This document shows, one piece after another, positions 40,659-50,553 of a stretch of DNA of 64,000 nt; the first letter of the stretch is position 1; every line of letters starts with the position of its first letter. The stretch is from a virus (Duplodnaviria > Caudoviricetes). Position numbers and translations under genes: made by a program. The stretch spans positions 1 through 64,000 of IMG/VR virus record IMGVR_UViG_3300046780_000888; one strand, given 5' to 3'. The notes below the pieces were generated by a model that saw only the letters and a list, made by a program, of their open reading frames with translations, ran no database searches and was not told the origin of the DNA.

Positions 40659-41224
40659 TGGCCCTCCGAGTAGTCGAGACCAAGAAGCAGGCCGTGAAGA
40701 CGTACGAGACGTTCTACGCGCGGGCGCCTGCGCGCGAGATCGAGATGCCATTCGGCTGGCCGACGAAAATGCAAGAAGTCGGCGTCGGCGGAGCCGAGAT
40801 GTACCGCTCGAACAAGTGGCAGAAGAATCTATCGGAGCATGAGGACTACAAGCACGTCGCGGAGGGGTCGCGCACGGTGTTTGCGGAGCCCGGCTTTCTG
40901 CGCGAGTGGGGCTCGCCGCAGCGTCCGATCAAAGTCGTGGGCCCCGTGGTCCGGTTCGAGGAGCCGATGCCGAAGCACTTCACGCGGCTCGGACCGCTGC
41001 TCGGTGTCCAGGTGCAGCTCTATCAGGCGGGCAAGAATGGCAGCGTGGTCGTTCCGAAGGGCGACGAGGGGCGGTACGAGGTGACGGTCGCCCGCGCGAT
41101 GCTCGGAGCGGCGAAACACCCGAAGACCGGCGAAGTCTTCCTGTTCGTCTACACCCCAGAGGGCGTGCACATGATTCTCACTGGCGGCTCGCTCAAGATC
41201 GAAAAGGACGGGATCGCCGGCTGA
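40658..41224 (+). CDS. Hypothetical soluble protein (beta-rich C-half)
   Basis: YETFY...YRSNKW...YKH...LTGGSLKIEKDGIAG. Confidence 0.7.
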   Translation: MALRVVETKKQAVKTYETFYARAPAREIEMPFGWPTKMQEVGVGGAEMYRSNKWQKNLSEHEDYKHVAEGSRTVFAEPGFLREWGSPQRPIKVVGPVVRFEEPMPKHFTRLGPLLGVQVQLYQAGKNGSVVVPKGDEGRYEVTVARAMLGAAKHPKTGEVFLFVYTPEGVHMILTGGSLKIEKDGIAG

Positions 41225-43152
41225 TGTCATATTCGGGCGGCGGAGGACCGCATATCTGGGTCCCTCGCCGCCTCGGGCTCGGTGCCGCCCCGCCCGACGG
41301 GAAGTATCTCATTGATCGAGCGATGGGAACGACAGGCGCCGGGGTCTACGCGAAAAATGTAGCAGCGGGCGCGCAGGGGTACCTGTCGCAGCAGGCGGCC
41401 GACATGGCCCGATCGACGTTTCGACAAAACACCGGCATCGATCTGCCCTGGATCCCGACGAAGACGAGCCAGGTGGGTCCCTGGGCACAGCAGCAGTTCA
41501 AAGCGTGGAAGTCGACGGCGATCACAGAGGGCATCAAGCGCGGGCGCCAGATCTACAACGACAAGATGGGCGTCGATGCTCCCATTCAGTCGCTGATGAC
41601 CGAGAGTGAAATTGGAGATTGGGCGACGCGATACCTCGCGGGGCATCCAGATCTGTTGACGAATCCGACTCCTGCCGGCGCGATGGCGATGGCGCAGGCG
41701 TTCGTCATGACGAACTCGGACGCGCTCGGGCTTCCGCCGGAATTCATCGCTGCTGCTGGGCTCGTCGAGAACTTTCCGAGCACGGTCGAGAAGGCAGAGC
41801 AGTGGGGGATCTCGCTTGCGAGCGCGTACCTGTCGCAATTCGGCTTTCCGATCGTGACGAGCACGAACCCGTCGGCGTTCCTGAGTTCCTGCGGTCGCTG
41901 CGCGATTGCTCAGGTGGCCCCCGGGATCCCGTTCTCGCTCTGCGAAGCGACATACGGAGCTCTCAGCAATGGCTCCATCAACTTCGACGAGGCAGAAGGC
42001 CTGGTCATCGGCGCGTGCGCCTGGATCGGGGGAGCTGTCGGGCAAGCATTCGGGATCCCGGCACCGATCGGGGCTCTCCTCTCTCAAATCATTGCGAGCG
42101 CAATCGTTCCCATCATTGCGGACGCGCTCGGATTCGGTCCGAGCGACAGCGAGAAGCTGAACGCGGCCCAGCTCGCAGCAGCAAAGGCCGCAGCGGCGGC
42201 GACCGTCGTCTGCACGGATCTCGCCCGCGCCCTCTGGCTCCAGTATCAGCACTACTGGGAGTCGATGGAGGGGAACCTTCAGGGCCTCTACGTCGCGAAT
42301 GCCGAGTGGCTCACGCCGATGGGATGCGTCCCGGCAACCGGCGGCATCCGGGTGTTTCCGGAGACGATCCCGGGCGCCAATACCCTCGACATTGTTCTCG
42401 ATGCACATGGCGCCGCGATCGGGACGTCGCCGAATTACCTTCACTACCCGAAACCGATTTCGCGCGGCTGCGACGTCCTCCTTGGGTGCCCGTACCTGTC
42501 CTACGGGCTCCCGCAGCTCGCCCGCCGTTCGTCGTACGCACTCTCTCTCGCCGCCCTAAATACCACTCCGGACATCCGGCAGACTGTCCCAGGATGCGAC
42601 GCTCTGTCTGCGCTCTCCTTCTGGAATGCTCGCCGATACGTGACGCCGTATCAGATGTTGAATGAGATGTCCGGGGCGAAGCCGTGGGAGTGGCTTCGCC
42701 CGAACAGTACCGTGCAGGGCCAATTCGACAATAGGAACGCTCCATCATGGGAGAGCGTGCTGCACTCGGACGAGGAGTATCTCCAGGCGATCGGGGCCGT
42801 GCAGGTGGCGGGCGACGCTGGAGAGCGCGTCGGGGAATGCGGGACTCTTAGGTGGAGCGACTATCTTTCGGATTCGCTCCGTCAGGCCGCTGCGGCATCG
42901 GCGCTCGTGCAGCGAGATCTAACGCGCACCGTGTCGTCCGCGACGACGCAGTACCAGCTTCAGAAAGAGTTGGCAGGCACCGACCAGGCTACCGCTGTGC
43001 GAATGGCGACCGTTCGGGCCGCCACCTTCCGGTCAGCAATCGAGGAAGCGAAGCGTCGCGGGACGCGACGAAGCGACATGCTGAATTACAGCCTCCTGGC
43101 GGCCGGCGGTGCGGCGCTGGCTGGCTGGGCGCTAGGGACGAGGAGGCGCTGA
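41224..43152 (+). CDS. Large membrane-associated protein (possible DNA-entry/pilot protein)
   Basis: LGLGAA near the N-terminus; internal hydrophobic Gly/Ala helices (GAVGQAFGIPAPIGALL); C-terminal TM helix plus RRR. Confidence 0.7.
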   Translation: MSYSGGGGPHIWVPRRLGLGAAPPDGKYLIDRAMGTTGAGVYAKNVAAGAQGYLSQQAADMARSTFRQNTGIDLPWIPTKTSQVGPWAQQQFKAWKSTAITEGIKRGRQIYNDKMGVDAPIQSLMTESEIGDWATRYLAGHPDLLTNPTPAGAMAMAQAFVMTNSDALGLPPEFIAAAGLVENFPSTVEKAEQWGISLASAYLSQFGFPIVTSTNPSAFLSSCGRCAIAQVAPGIPFSLCEATYGALSNGSINFDEAEGLVIGACAWIGGAVGQAFGIPAPIGALLSQIIASAIVPIIADALGFGPSDSEKLNAAQLAAAKAAAAATVVCTDLARALWLQYQHYWESMEGNLQGLYVANAEWLTPMGCVPATGGIRVFPETIPGANTLDIVLDAHGAAIGTSPNYLHYPKPISRGCDVLLGCPYLSYGLPQLARRSSYALSLAALNTTPDIRQTVPGCDALSALSFWNARRYVTPYQMLNEMSGAKPWEWLRPNSTVQGQFDNRNAPSWESVLHSDEEYLQAIGAVQVAGDAGERVGECGTLRWSDYLSDSLRQAAAASALVQRDLTRTVSSATTQYQLQKELAGTDQATAVRMATVRAATFRSAIEEAKRRGTRRSDMLNYSLLAAGGAALAGWALGTRRR

Positions 43153-43358
43153 TGAACAGTCTCGGCGTCGCTCAAGCCTTGGAGCCTCCGAAGAAGAAGC
43201 CGAAACCCGTCGCGCTGACGGCCGAGCAGACCCAGCTCTTGCAGGTGGCGAAGATCTTGTCGGATCAGGAGCGGGCTCAACTCCGCATCGGGATCGCGGG
43301 CGCCGTGGGCGTGGTGTTACTCTGTACGACGGGGTATTTGATCTGGGGGCGCAGATGA
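43152..43358 (+). CDS. Small tail-anchored protein
   Basis: MNSLG start; TM helix plus GRR. Confidence 0.6.
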   Translation: MNSLGVAQALEPPKKKPKPVALTAEQTQLLQVAKILSDQERAQLRIGIAGAVGVVLLCTTGYLIWGRR

Positions 43359-44395
43359 GCTTCTCGAGCCTATCGAGCGACGGTCTGGTGTCGTCGGTGC
43401 CAATACCGACTGACTTCGACTACATGAACAACGGCGTCGGCATGGCGGAGCTGGAGCGCATTGGCGCCCAGACGGCGTCCGCGCTCATCGCCGGGGGCGC
43501 GTATGTCGCGATGATTCGGACTCCGTCGGGGCAGGCCGCTGCGGCGCTGTGGGTGTCACCGAACGAGACGATTGCTGCAGTCTGGGGAGGGGAGCCTGTG
43601 CTCGCCGCCGTTCTGGCGAGCGTTGTCGTGCACACGATCATAGCGGAAGAGCGAGCGAAGCCGGCTAACACGCGAGTTACTGCGTACTATCTTGCGAATT
43701 CCGTCGTTCAGCGGGTGACCGAGAAACTCCTGAACGGAGGAGATCCGGCGATCTGTCAGATCAACTTCCGGGCATCACTCGACTCCTGGAAGGCCGTTTA
43801 TCCGGTCATTCGAGTGCCGGCCGGCTACACGTCGACAGGATGGTGCGAGCGCGATCTGGTCTTCGGTCCGGTCTTCGGGTCGACCGAGCCCTGTCAGCTC
43901 ATTTCGATCTGCAAATGGCTTACCGGGCCGAGTGGGGTCGCAAAGGCCGTGGCGGCAGATCCGCCACCGGCAGGAGCTCCGCTCGGGCCGAGCGCCGCGT
44001 CCTCCTCTACGGCGCAGCCGCCGCCGACGCATGCAGAGCTCGACGCGGCAGCGGCGAGCGACGAGAACGCACGCGAGCTGACGGAATTCGCGACCTACAT
44101 GGCGGCGATGACGCAAGGTCGTGACTGGCTGACGCTCGCGCTCGGGATCCCGAAGACTGCAAAGGACGACGAGCTCTGGCGGGCGCTCGGTGCGCGAGGG
44201 ATCGCGCCGGGGGAAGCTCTCGATTGGTTCAATGGATGCAATGCGGATCTCGACTGCTTCCGGCAGCGAATGAATCTGGCGCTCGGTGAGGCTGATCAGC
44301 GAGCAGAAGATCGCCGCACGAAGCTCATCGTTGGTGTTGCTGTGCTGGGAGCCGCTCTATTTGCGTGGCGCGTGTACAGAGGAGGAGGCAAGTGA
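43355..44395 (+). CDS. Tail-anchored protein
   Basis: 346 aa; C-terminal LIVGVAVLGAALFAWRVYR. Confidence 0.7.
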   Translation: MSFSSLSSDGLVSSVPIPTDFDYMNNGVGMAELERIGAQTASALIAGGAYVAMIRTPSGQAAAALWVSPNETIAAVWGGEPVLAAVLASVVVHTIIAEERAKPANTRVTAYYLANSVVQRVTEKLLNGGDPAICQINFRASLDSWKAVYPVIRVPAGYTSTGWCERDLVFGPVFGSTEPCQLISICKWLTGPSGVAKAVAADPPPAGAPLGPSAASSSTAQPPPTHAELDAAAASDENARELTEFATYMAAMTQGRDWLTLALGIPKTAKDDELWRALGARGIAPGEALDWFNGCNADLDCFRQRMNLALGEADQRAEDRRTKLIVGVAVLGAALFAWRVYRGGGK

Positions 44396-44736
44396 CCGAT
44401 GTTCGTGATCCTCCTGCCGTGCGCGACGCGCGCCGGTGGCAGTACCTGTTGATCCTTCTCCAGGAAGCGAAGGTCGATCCGAAAAAGGTTCCGCAAGATC
44501 AGTTGATGTTTGATCTCCTCTCGCCGTACGAACGGCTCGGCTATACGCAGCACGACATCGACGGTTGGATCGCCGTCTGCGATCCGGAGATCAAGCCCGC
44601 ATGGGACGAGGTGGAGTGCTTCCGAGCGAAGGCGCGGGCCGCGCTGAAACCTCGCCCGGGCCTCGGATTGCCGGTGGCGCTCGCGGCGGGGGTCGCATTT
44701 TTGGCGTCTTTTGCCCTTACCAGGCGGCATCACTAG
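44392..44736 (+). CDS. Tail-anchored protein
   Basis: C-terminal TM helix plus RRHH. Confidence 0.6.
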   Translation: MTDVRDPPAVRDARRWQYLLILLQEAKVDPKKVPQDQLMFDLLSPYERLGYTQHDIDGWIAVCDPEIKPAWDEVECFRAKARAALKPRPGLGLPVALAAGVAFLASFALTRRHH

Positions 44737-44743
44737 CTTTTTC

Positions 44744-44772
44744 TTGACCGGGGGATGGCCCACCGATAGGCT
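44744..44772 (+). promoter_or_regulatory. Sigma70-like promoter of the core/capsid operon
   Basis: TTGACC-17 nt-TAGGCT. Confidence 0.55.
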
Positions 44773-44840
44773 CCTCTAGTTAGCAAAGCGCCTTCTCGAC
44801 GCCTTGCAGGGCCACAGGTCCGCAAACTGAGTCGAGAAGA

Positions 44841-47384
44841 GTGGCAAGTCGCAAAGCAATCGGTCGAGCGTTCCCTATCCGCAAAGCGGATGTGGGGTCG
44901 TACCGTTCTGCGCGTCCGAACGCAGGCGGTTACCGGTCAAACCCGATGGGTGTCACGGCACTGACTTCGGTCAACGGCCGTGGCGCATACGCGCGCGCTC
45001 ACGGAAGTGCTCGCGCAGCGACCGAGAATCTCACACGCGCGGAGCGGGTCGCGAGGGCTCGCCGCTTGATGGCTGGAAGGAGTGGAAGCATGACGTCCAA
45101 TGGAGTCCATCGCGCCGCATTCGTGCGCCGCATGAAGAAGAACAGCGGCACCCGGATGGGGAGCTCCGCCGCCCGAAAGCGCGCCGGCAAGCGCCTCGCT
45201 GCATTCAACGCGGCACGGAAGCGCGGGCTGACCGTTGCGGGAGCCAAGCGCGCTTCCGGCATGGGAACCAAGAAGACGACGAGTCGTCGCCGCGCGGCGA
45301 AGCGACGCATGCGCCCGAATCTTTCTCGTTCGATGTCGCGCCCGCAGTCGAAGGCGTACTCCTCCGGGTACGCGGCGACGTTCGGGAAAAAGAAGAAGCG
45401 CCGCAAGGTAAAGTCGAAGCGGTCGCGGGTGACGAAGCACCGAGCGGCTCCACGCCGCAAGACGCGGCGTGGGACCCCCGAGCAGATGGCTGCTCGGAAG
45501 GCAAAGCGCCAGGCGATGAGCGCCAAGAAGAAGGCCCGCCGAGCGGCAATATCCGCACGGAAGAAGGAAGCGAGCGCGAAGAAGAAGGCGCGGCTCGCGG
45601 CACGGCGCGCACGAATGAACACGCCCGAGGCACGGCGGCGCCGCGCGAAGGCGAAGCGCCGGTCGGCGTGGCCGAAACAGGTCCGGTCGACGCGAACGAA
45701 GAAGCGCGCCCGCGTGGCGTACGGTCCGTACAAGCGAGCGCGCGTGTTCAACGCCCGCACCGGTCGGTACTCGTACAGCTACATGACGAGGGCCAAAGGA
45801 AAACTTCGGCGGATCCCACAATGGGCCGTCGCCGGAGCGATGAGCGCCAAGGACTACAAATCCTCGGCGGAGTACACCGCCGCTCGCGAGCGTATCGCGA
45901 AGCGTCGGAGGGCTGCAGCCGCGCGCATCGAGCGCGGCGGTGATGCGTTCACCCCAAACGCGGGAGCAAAAAAAGTGGCAAGAGCGAAGAAGAGACGAGC
46001 CAAGAAGCGCGGCTCCCGTAAGGGGCGTCGCCGAACGAAGGGCACGAAGCGGCGAGCGAGCCGGGGACGTCGCGCGAGCGCAGCCCCGAAGCGTCGGCGT
46101 CGTAAGAGCGCGAAGGCCACGACGACTCGTCGTCGCCGGAAGCGCAAGACAAAGGCGGCGGCTCCGAAGCGTCGTCGCCGGAAGTCCGCGAAGGCTACGA
46201 CTCATCGTCGTCGCCGGAAGTCCTCGAAGCGTCGATCGAGCAAGCGCAGGGCGCCCCGCAGGATCGGTAAGCGGAAAGTCCGTCGGTTGCGGAAAGGCCT
46301 GTACATGGTTGCGAACCGCCGTCATCGGCGAAAGCACCACAGGGCGAATCGCCGTCACGGGCGGCGCCACATGCGTCGTAACGGGCGGCGGTACATCCGG
46401 AACGGCTTCAAGTCGGACATCGGCTCGTTGCTGAAGACGGGTGCACTCGTCCTCGTCGGCTTCTTCTCGCACAAGGCCCTCACGGGTGTGGCGATCAAAA
46501 TGCTGACGTCGGCGGACGGAACCACGGTTGCGGGCATGGCCATCGTCAACGCGGACGGAACGCCCTCGATGGTCGCTCAGTGGCAGAAGCCCATCGCGGG
46601 TTTCGTCGTCGGCGGCCTCGAGATCGGTCTCCTGTCCTGGTCGGCGGTGCCGCTCAAGACCGAGACGAAGATGGCCATCGGCGCCGGTGTGATGGTCTCC
46701 TTCTTGGAGTCCCTCGTCAAAACGGCGCTCACCGTCGCGAACCAGCCGCAGGTGCTCTCCTACCTCGAAGGCTATTCAAACAGTGCGGCGTACTCGCTGC
46801 GCGGTGCGCGTGGTCGTCGGCGGCACGGGGTGCGCGGTCTCGGTATGGCCCGGAACGCGACCTCTCTCATGCCCAAGTACGCACCCATCGGAGCATTCCG
46901 ACAGGCAGCGGCTGGCATGGGCGAGTACTTCAAGCCCGCAAGCGGGATGGGCGAATACTTCGCCGGTCCTGGAGTCCAGGGAGTCGGGCACTACGAGAAG
47001 GCGGGAACGCTCGCCCTCGCACCGTCCCGGTCGCACATGGGGAATCTCCCCGTGGACGACGGCATCCGTCCGGATGCGAACCTCGACCACATCATGGACC
47101 TCGCGGAATCGGCCGCTGGTCTCGGGCAGGGGTTCCAGCAGGCGGCTGCGGGAACTGGCCAGTACCAGCAGGCAGCTGCTGGAATGCGAGGAATGGGCGA
47201 GTTCTTCACGGCGACGCCCTCTAATGGCGACTTCGTGGACAGCACGGTTCCGACGCAGGACCAGTGGATCCCGAACGGGCCTCTCTGGGCCGGTTCGACG
47301 TCTGCTGAAGCCGCGTACACGGAGTCCGAGCTTCCGGCCGGCGTCCTTCAGGGACCTGGCGGGAACGGGGTGCTGAGCGGCTGA
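44841..47384 (+). CDS. Arg/Lys-rich DNA-condensing core-like polyprotein with TM segments and GMG repeats
   Basis: About 520 aa of protamine-like R/K tracts, then hydrophobic helices, then AGMGEYF/GMGEFF repeats. Lies immediately upstream of the capsid candidate. Confidence 0.7.
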   Translation: MASRKAIGRAFPIRKADVGSYRSARPNAGGYRSNPMGVTALTSVNGRGAYARAHGSARAATENLTRAERVARARRLMAGRSGSMTSNGVHRAAFVRRMKKNSGTRMGSSAARKRAGKRLAAFNAARKRGLTVAGAKRASGMGTKKTTSRRRAAKRRMRPNLSRSMSRPQSKAYSSGYAATFGKKKKRRKVKSKRSRVTKHRAAPRRKTRRGTPEQMAARKAKRQAMSAKKKARRAAISARKKEASAKKKARLAARRARMNTPEARRRRAKAKRRSAWPKQVRSTRTKKRARVAYGPYKRARVFNARTGRYSYSYMTRAKGKLRRIPQWAVAGAMSAKDYKSSAEYTAARERIAKRRRAAAARIERGGDAFTPNAGAKKVARAKKRRAKKRGSRKGRRRTKGTKRRASRGRRASAAPKRRRRKSAKATTTRRRRKRKTKAAAPKRRRRKSAKATTHRRRRKSSKRRSSKRRAPRRIGKRKVRRLRKGLYMVANRRHRRKHHRANRRHGRRHMRRNGRRYIRNGFKSDIGSLLKTGALVLVGFFSHKALTGVAIKMLTSADGTTVAGMAIVNADGTPSMVAQWQKPIAGFVVGGLEIGLLSWSAVPLKTETKMAIGAGVMVSFLESLVKTALTVANQPQVLSYLEGYSNSAAYSLRGARGRRRHGVRGLGMARNATSLMPKYAPIGAFRQAAAGMGEYFKPASGMGEYFAGPGVQGVGHYEKAGTLALAPSRSHMGNLPVDDGIRPDANLDHIMDLAESAAGLGQGFQQAAAGTGQYQQAAAGMRGMGEFFTATPSNGDFVDSTVPTQDQWIPNGPLWAGSTSAEAAYTESELPAGVLQGPGGNGVLSG

Positions 47385-47538
47385 CGCTTAGTCCCTCTCC
47401 TCACGCCCCGGTAGGCGTCGCGACAGCGACAGACCCCGGGGCGCGGGGCGTTGAACCGCTTCAGGAATTCTAAAGGGACGACACCCTTACCAAAAACAGA
47501 TCCTGGGGCACCAACCGATCTCCAAAGGAGAATTTCAC

Positions 47539-48354
47539 ATGGCAAAACTGACGAACGTCAGAGAACGCGTCCACCAGCCGTTCTACGACACCCTCATCCG
47601 CACCTCGGGCCTCGGCGGGAACATCCAGCCGATCAATCAGCAGCAGAAGCTGTTCACCAACCAAGCGCGCCAGGACGACATCAACGCCCTGACGAACTTG
47701 CAGAACGGTGCAACGCTGCCCTCCGATCAGAGCCACGTGACGCTCGCCCTCCGCGTGTTCACCTGGTTCCGCAATCCGCAGATCCGGGCAGCCGGGTTCG
47801 CGAACGGCTCGATCAAGGAAAACGGCGACTTCTCCCAGGCGGGCGCTGCGGCGTTTTTCGCTCAGGGTACGGTCGGCGGTGTGGTCGATCCGAACGGCGC
47901 GACCGCGGGTCCCGGTGCGTTCAATTACCCGGGCTCGATCGAGGACGTGTACCGCTTGTACTGGCAAGCGGAGGAGCAGCTTCACTGGAGCTACGGCACC
48001 GGCGAGAAGTTCTCCATCACGAACATGGCCACGAAGTACTTCCCGGACGGCGGCGGCCTCTGGGGTGACCTCGGCGGCTCCTCGGACCTCATCCACTTCA
48101 ACAACGGCACGCCGGACCACACGGCGATCCTGCGGCTCGCCCGCGCCATCCTTCTGCCTCCCCGGCAGAACGTGGCGTGCACGGCGCAGATCAGCCCGTT
48201 GCCCGATGGAGGGAACGGCACCCTCTGGGGCGTGATCGTGAGCGGCAACGGCCGCAACATGCTCTCGCTGAAGGACAACCTGAACGCCACGGACGGCATC
48301 AACAAGGTGATTCAGTTCACCTTCGACGGCCTGTTCGCTCGCGACGTTCAGTGA
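47539..48354 (+). CDS. Candidate major capsid protein (jelly-roll type, inferred)
   Basis: Strong AAGGAG RBS and structured leader. Soluble and N/G/T-rich with a beta pattern (QPFYDTL...LF...TNLQNGATLP...FPDGGG...KVIQFTFDG). No TM helix, no HK97 features. Confidence 0.5.
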   Translation: MAKLTNVRERVHQPFYDTLIRTSGLGGNIQPINQQQKLFTNQARQDDINALTNLQNGATLPSDQSHVTLALRVFTWFRNPQIRAAGFANGSIKENGDFSQAGAAAFFAQGTVGGVVDPNGATAGPGAFNYPGSIEDVYRLYWQAEEQLHWSYGTGEKFSITNMATKYFPDGGGLWGDLGGSSDLIHFNNGTPDHTAILRLARAILLPPRQNVACTAQISPLPDGGNGTLWGVIVSGNGRNMLSLKDNLNATDGINKVIQFTFDGLFARDVQ

Positions 48355-48517
48355 ACGCCGACGCTGCGCGGTAGCGCGCGGCAACGAGATTCCCTCGGCA
48401 GTCACAAATCGTGCTGCCGAGGGACTCGAGACACGGACGGCGGACGGAGAAGAGTTCGAGGATTCACGGCACGGGCAGCATCCGCTGCTCGGTACTCCAA
48501 ACGGAGGCACGAGATAA

Positions 48518-49489
48518 GTGGCAGACATTCAGACGATCATCGACCAGCTTCAGCGAAGCGCTGGCTGGGCAGCGGGGCAAGCGCGGGACGCAGTAACGCG
48601 CGTGGGCGGAGTCGAGGGCGCGGTCGCCCAGGTCCGTCAAGAGCAAGCGCGCTTCGCACGCGATCTCGAGACGCTCTCGAGCTCCTTGCAGAGCGTCGGA
48701 GCGAAGAGCTTCGGGGGCGGCAACGTCAACGACCACGTTCGCTTCATCGAGTCGATCCCGGGCCGCCGAGTGCCCTTCGACTTCATGGTGTCGATCCCCA
48801 TCGGGGCGACTACGATTTCCGAACAGCAGGGCACGCGCACCGTCTCTCAGGACGGCCCGTTCATTGCCGTGTCTCGAGCTGCGGCATTCCAGTCCGCGTT
48901 CCAGTTTGCGTCGATCGATCCGGTGACGCAGGCCGCTGCGGCGTTCCAGGGGCGCTCCTTCGGGCGGTTCCGCCCGATTCATTCGGCGTGGGACTTGAAT
49001 GACGGCCAGGCTGGCTACCAGCCCATCGTGGGAGTCGCGGCCCCAGGTACGGGAGTGCCGATCTACGCGAGCCCCTCGAACCACTCGTCCTTCCGGACGA
49101 TGGAGTTCGATGCGGTCATCACGATGCTGAACCAGGGGGCGGCGTATCCCCGGTCGAACGATCCGATCCCGTCGGCGTGGTACTCTGAATCGATCAATTC
49201 GCCATGGCAGCTCGGGGCCCTCGACTTTTTCGAGCGCGGAGAAACCATCCAGTGGAAGGTGACCCCGACGCACGTGAACAATCCCCCGGCAGGGAACGTC
49301 TCCGGCTTCGCCGCTGGCGGCACCTTCCCGTTCCTCGCAAGCCAGTACGACGTGCACGAGGGGGTCAAGGATCCGCTCGTCAGCGACGTGACTGTCGACC
49401 CGATCACTCGTCTTCCGGACGGGATCCTCTACCTGATGCTCCACGGATTCCGGATCATTCAACCCCCGGGTCCGGTTCGTCTGACCTGA
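48518..49489 (+). CDS. Candidate second capsid protein (N-terminal helix plus beta-sandwich)
   Basis: PFDFMVSI...TVSQDGPFIAV...FFERGETIQWKVTP...YLMLHGFRI. Confidence 0.45.
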   Translation: MADIQTIIDQLQRSAGWAAGQARDAVTRVGGVEGAVAQVRQEQARFARDLETLSSSLQSVGAKSFGGGNVNDHVRFIESIPGRRVPFDFMVSIPIGATTISEQQGTRTVSQDGPFIAVSRAAAFQSAFQFASIDPVTQAAAAFQGRSFGRFRPIHSAWDLNDGQAGYQPIVGVAAPGTGVPIYASPSNHSSFRTMEFDAVITMLNQGAAYPRSNDPIPSAWYSESINSPWQLGALDFFERGETIQWKVTPTHVNNPPAGNVSGFAAGGTFPFLASQYDVHEGVKDPLVSDVTVDPITRLPDGILYLMLHGFRIIQPPGPVRLT

Positions 49490-49499
49490 AGGAGGCCGC

Positions 49500-50402
49500 A
49501 TGAACTGGCCTCTGCATCTGACGCCAAGGCAGATCAAGGGGCTGGGCATCCCTCCGGTCCAGCCTCCTCTCGAGCCCGCGCCGTATCTTCTGCCCGGTGA
49601 GGACGAAGGTCCGCCCCCGTCCGGGTACGGAGGGCAGGGGTCGACCCTCGGTTGCAACGCGCATCGCGTGCAACTCGCCGGCGGCGCGCTCGGCTCACTG
49701 ATGGTGAACCCGAACGTGGTGCCGTTCGAGCAGCTCTACCGGCGCCTCCCGGAGGAAGGCATGTTCCTCGACAGCGTCAGTCCCGAGACGCCGTTCGCGT
49801 TCGAGCTCGGCGCGTTCCGGGTGCCGCTGAACTTCGTTCTGATGCTTTTCGATCTGCGGCCAGACGTCTATCGGTTCAGCGGTGTCGACGCTGGGGACAC
49901 CGTGCCAGTCGAGGCGCGGCGGTTCTCGTCCATCATGGGGTTTCAGATCTCGGTGGACCAGCAGCAGCCGGGGAATCTCCTCTACCAGCTCGACCCAGTT
50001 CCCATTCAGCGGGCGACGCAGGCGTTCACGACGCCAGGGGCGGGCGTCGCGGAGCTGCCTCCGGCGCTCGCAGCGGCCATCGGGCTCGGGCAGTCGCGCT
50101 TCAACATCGCGGCGGCCTCGAGCTTCGCGAGCCCGGCCGGGGGAGGGATGTCGCTTCTCCCGCAGCGGCCCACGCGCTACGGGCCTCTCAGCGTCCCCTT
50201 CACGCTGTACGTCCGCAGCAATCAGACGGTGCAGATCCGGTGCGTGATCTTCCAGCCAATTCCGTCGCCCATTGCGTTCATAGAGTACGATATCGCCGGG
50301 ATGCTGATGCCGGAAGAATACGTCGACTCCCTCACGGAGTGTATGAAGCCCCTCACGAACGCGAGCCTCGGTCCTGGCTCACTCGGTCCGGGGGGAAGAT
50401 GA
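49500..50402 (+). CDS. Candidate minor capsid/penton-like beta protein
   Basis: FELGAFRVP..FVLML...FTLYVRSNQTVQIRC...EYDIAG; IKGLG near the N-terminus. Confidence 0.4.
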   Translation: MNWPLHLTPRQIKGLGIPPVQPPLEPAPYLLPGEDEGPPPSGYGGQGSTLGCNAHRVQLAGGALGSLMVNPNVVPFEQLYRRLPEEGMFLDSVSPETPFAFELGAFRVPLNFVLMLFDLRPDVYRFSGVDAGDTVPVEARRFSSIMGFQISVDQQQPGNLLYQLDPVPIQRATQAFTTPGAGVAELPPALAAAIGLGQSRFNIAAASSFASPAGGGMSLLPQRPTRYGPLSVPFTLYVRSNQTVQIRCVIFQPIPSPIAFIEYDIAGMLMPEEYVDSLTECMKPLTNASLGPGSLGPGGR

Positions 50403-50406
50403 GGTC

Positions 50407-50533
50407 TTCACTCACAGAAGCCAGCCGGTCGTTGTCGCTTTTTCGGCGGGTATCGATGAACGCCCTCGCGTCGGACATGCGGGACGCCAAGTCGTACTCG
50501 GGAAACGGCGACCGGCTGGCTTCTGTGAGTGAA
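50407..50533. repeat. 25-bp perfect inverted repeat enclosing 77 nt
   Basis: TTCACTCACAGAAGCCAGCCGGTCG (50407-50431) and CGACCGGCTGGCTTCTGTGAGTGAA (50509-50533). Confidence 0.95.
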
Positions 50534-50553
50534 CAGACGGCGACGGAGGCATC

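Noticed and set aside
31758-46472. Long minus-strand ORFs (e.g. 31758..33524, 41227..42444, 44937..46472)
   Set aside because: GC-rich shadow ORFs opposite well-coupled plus-strand genes.
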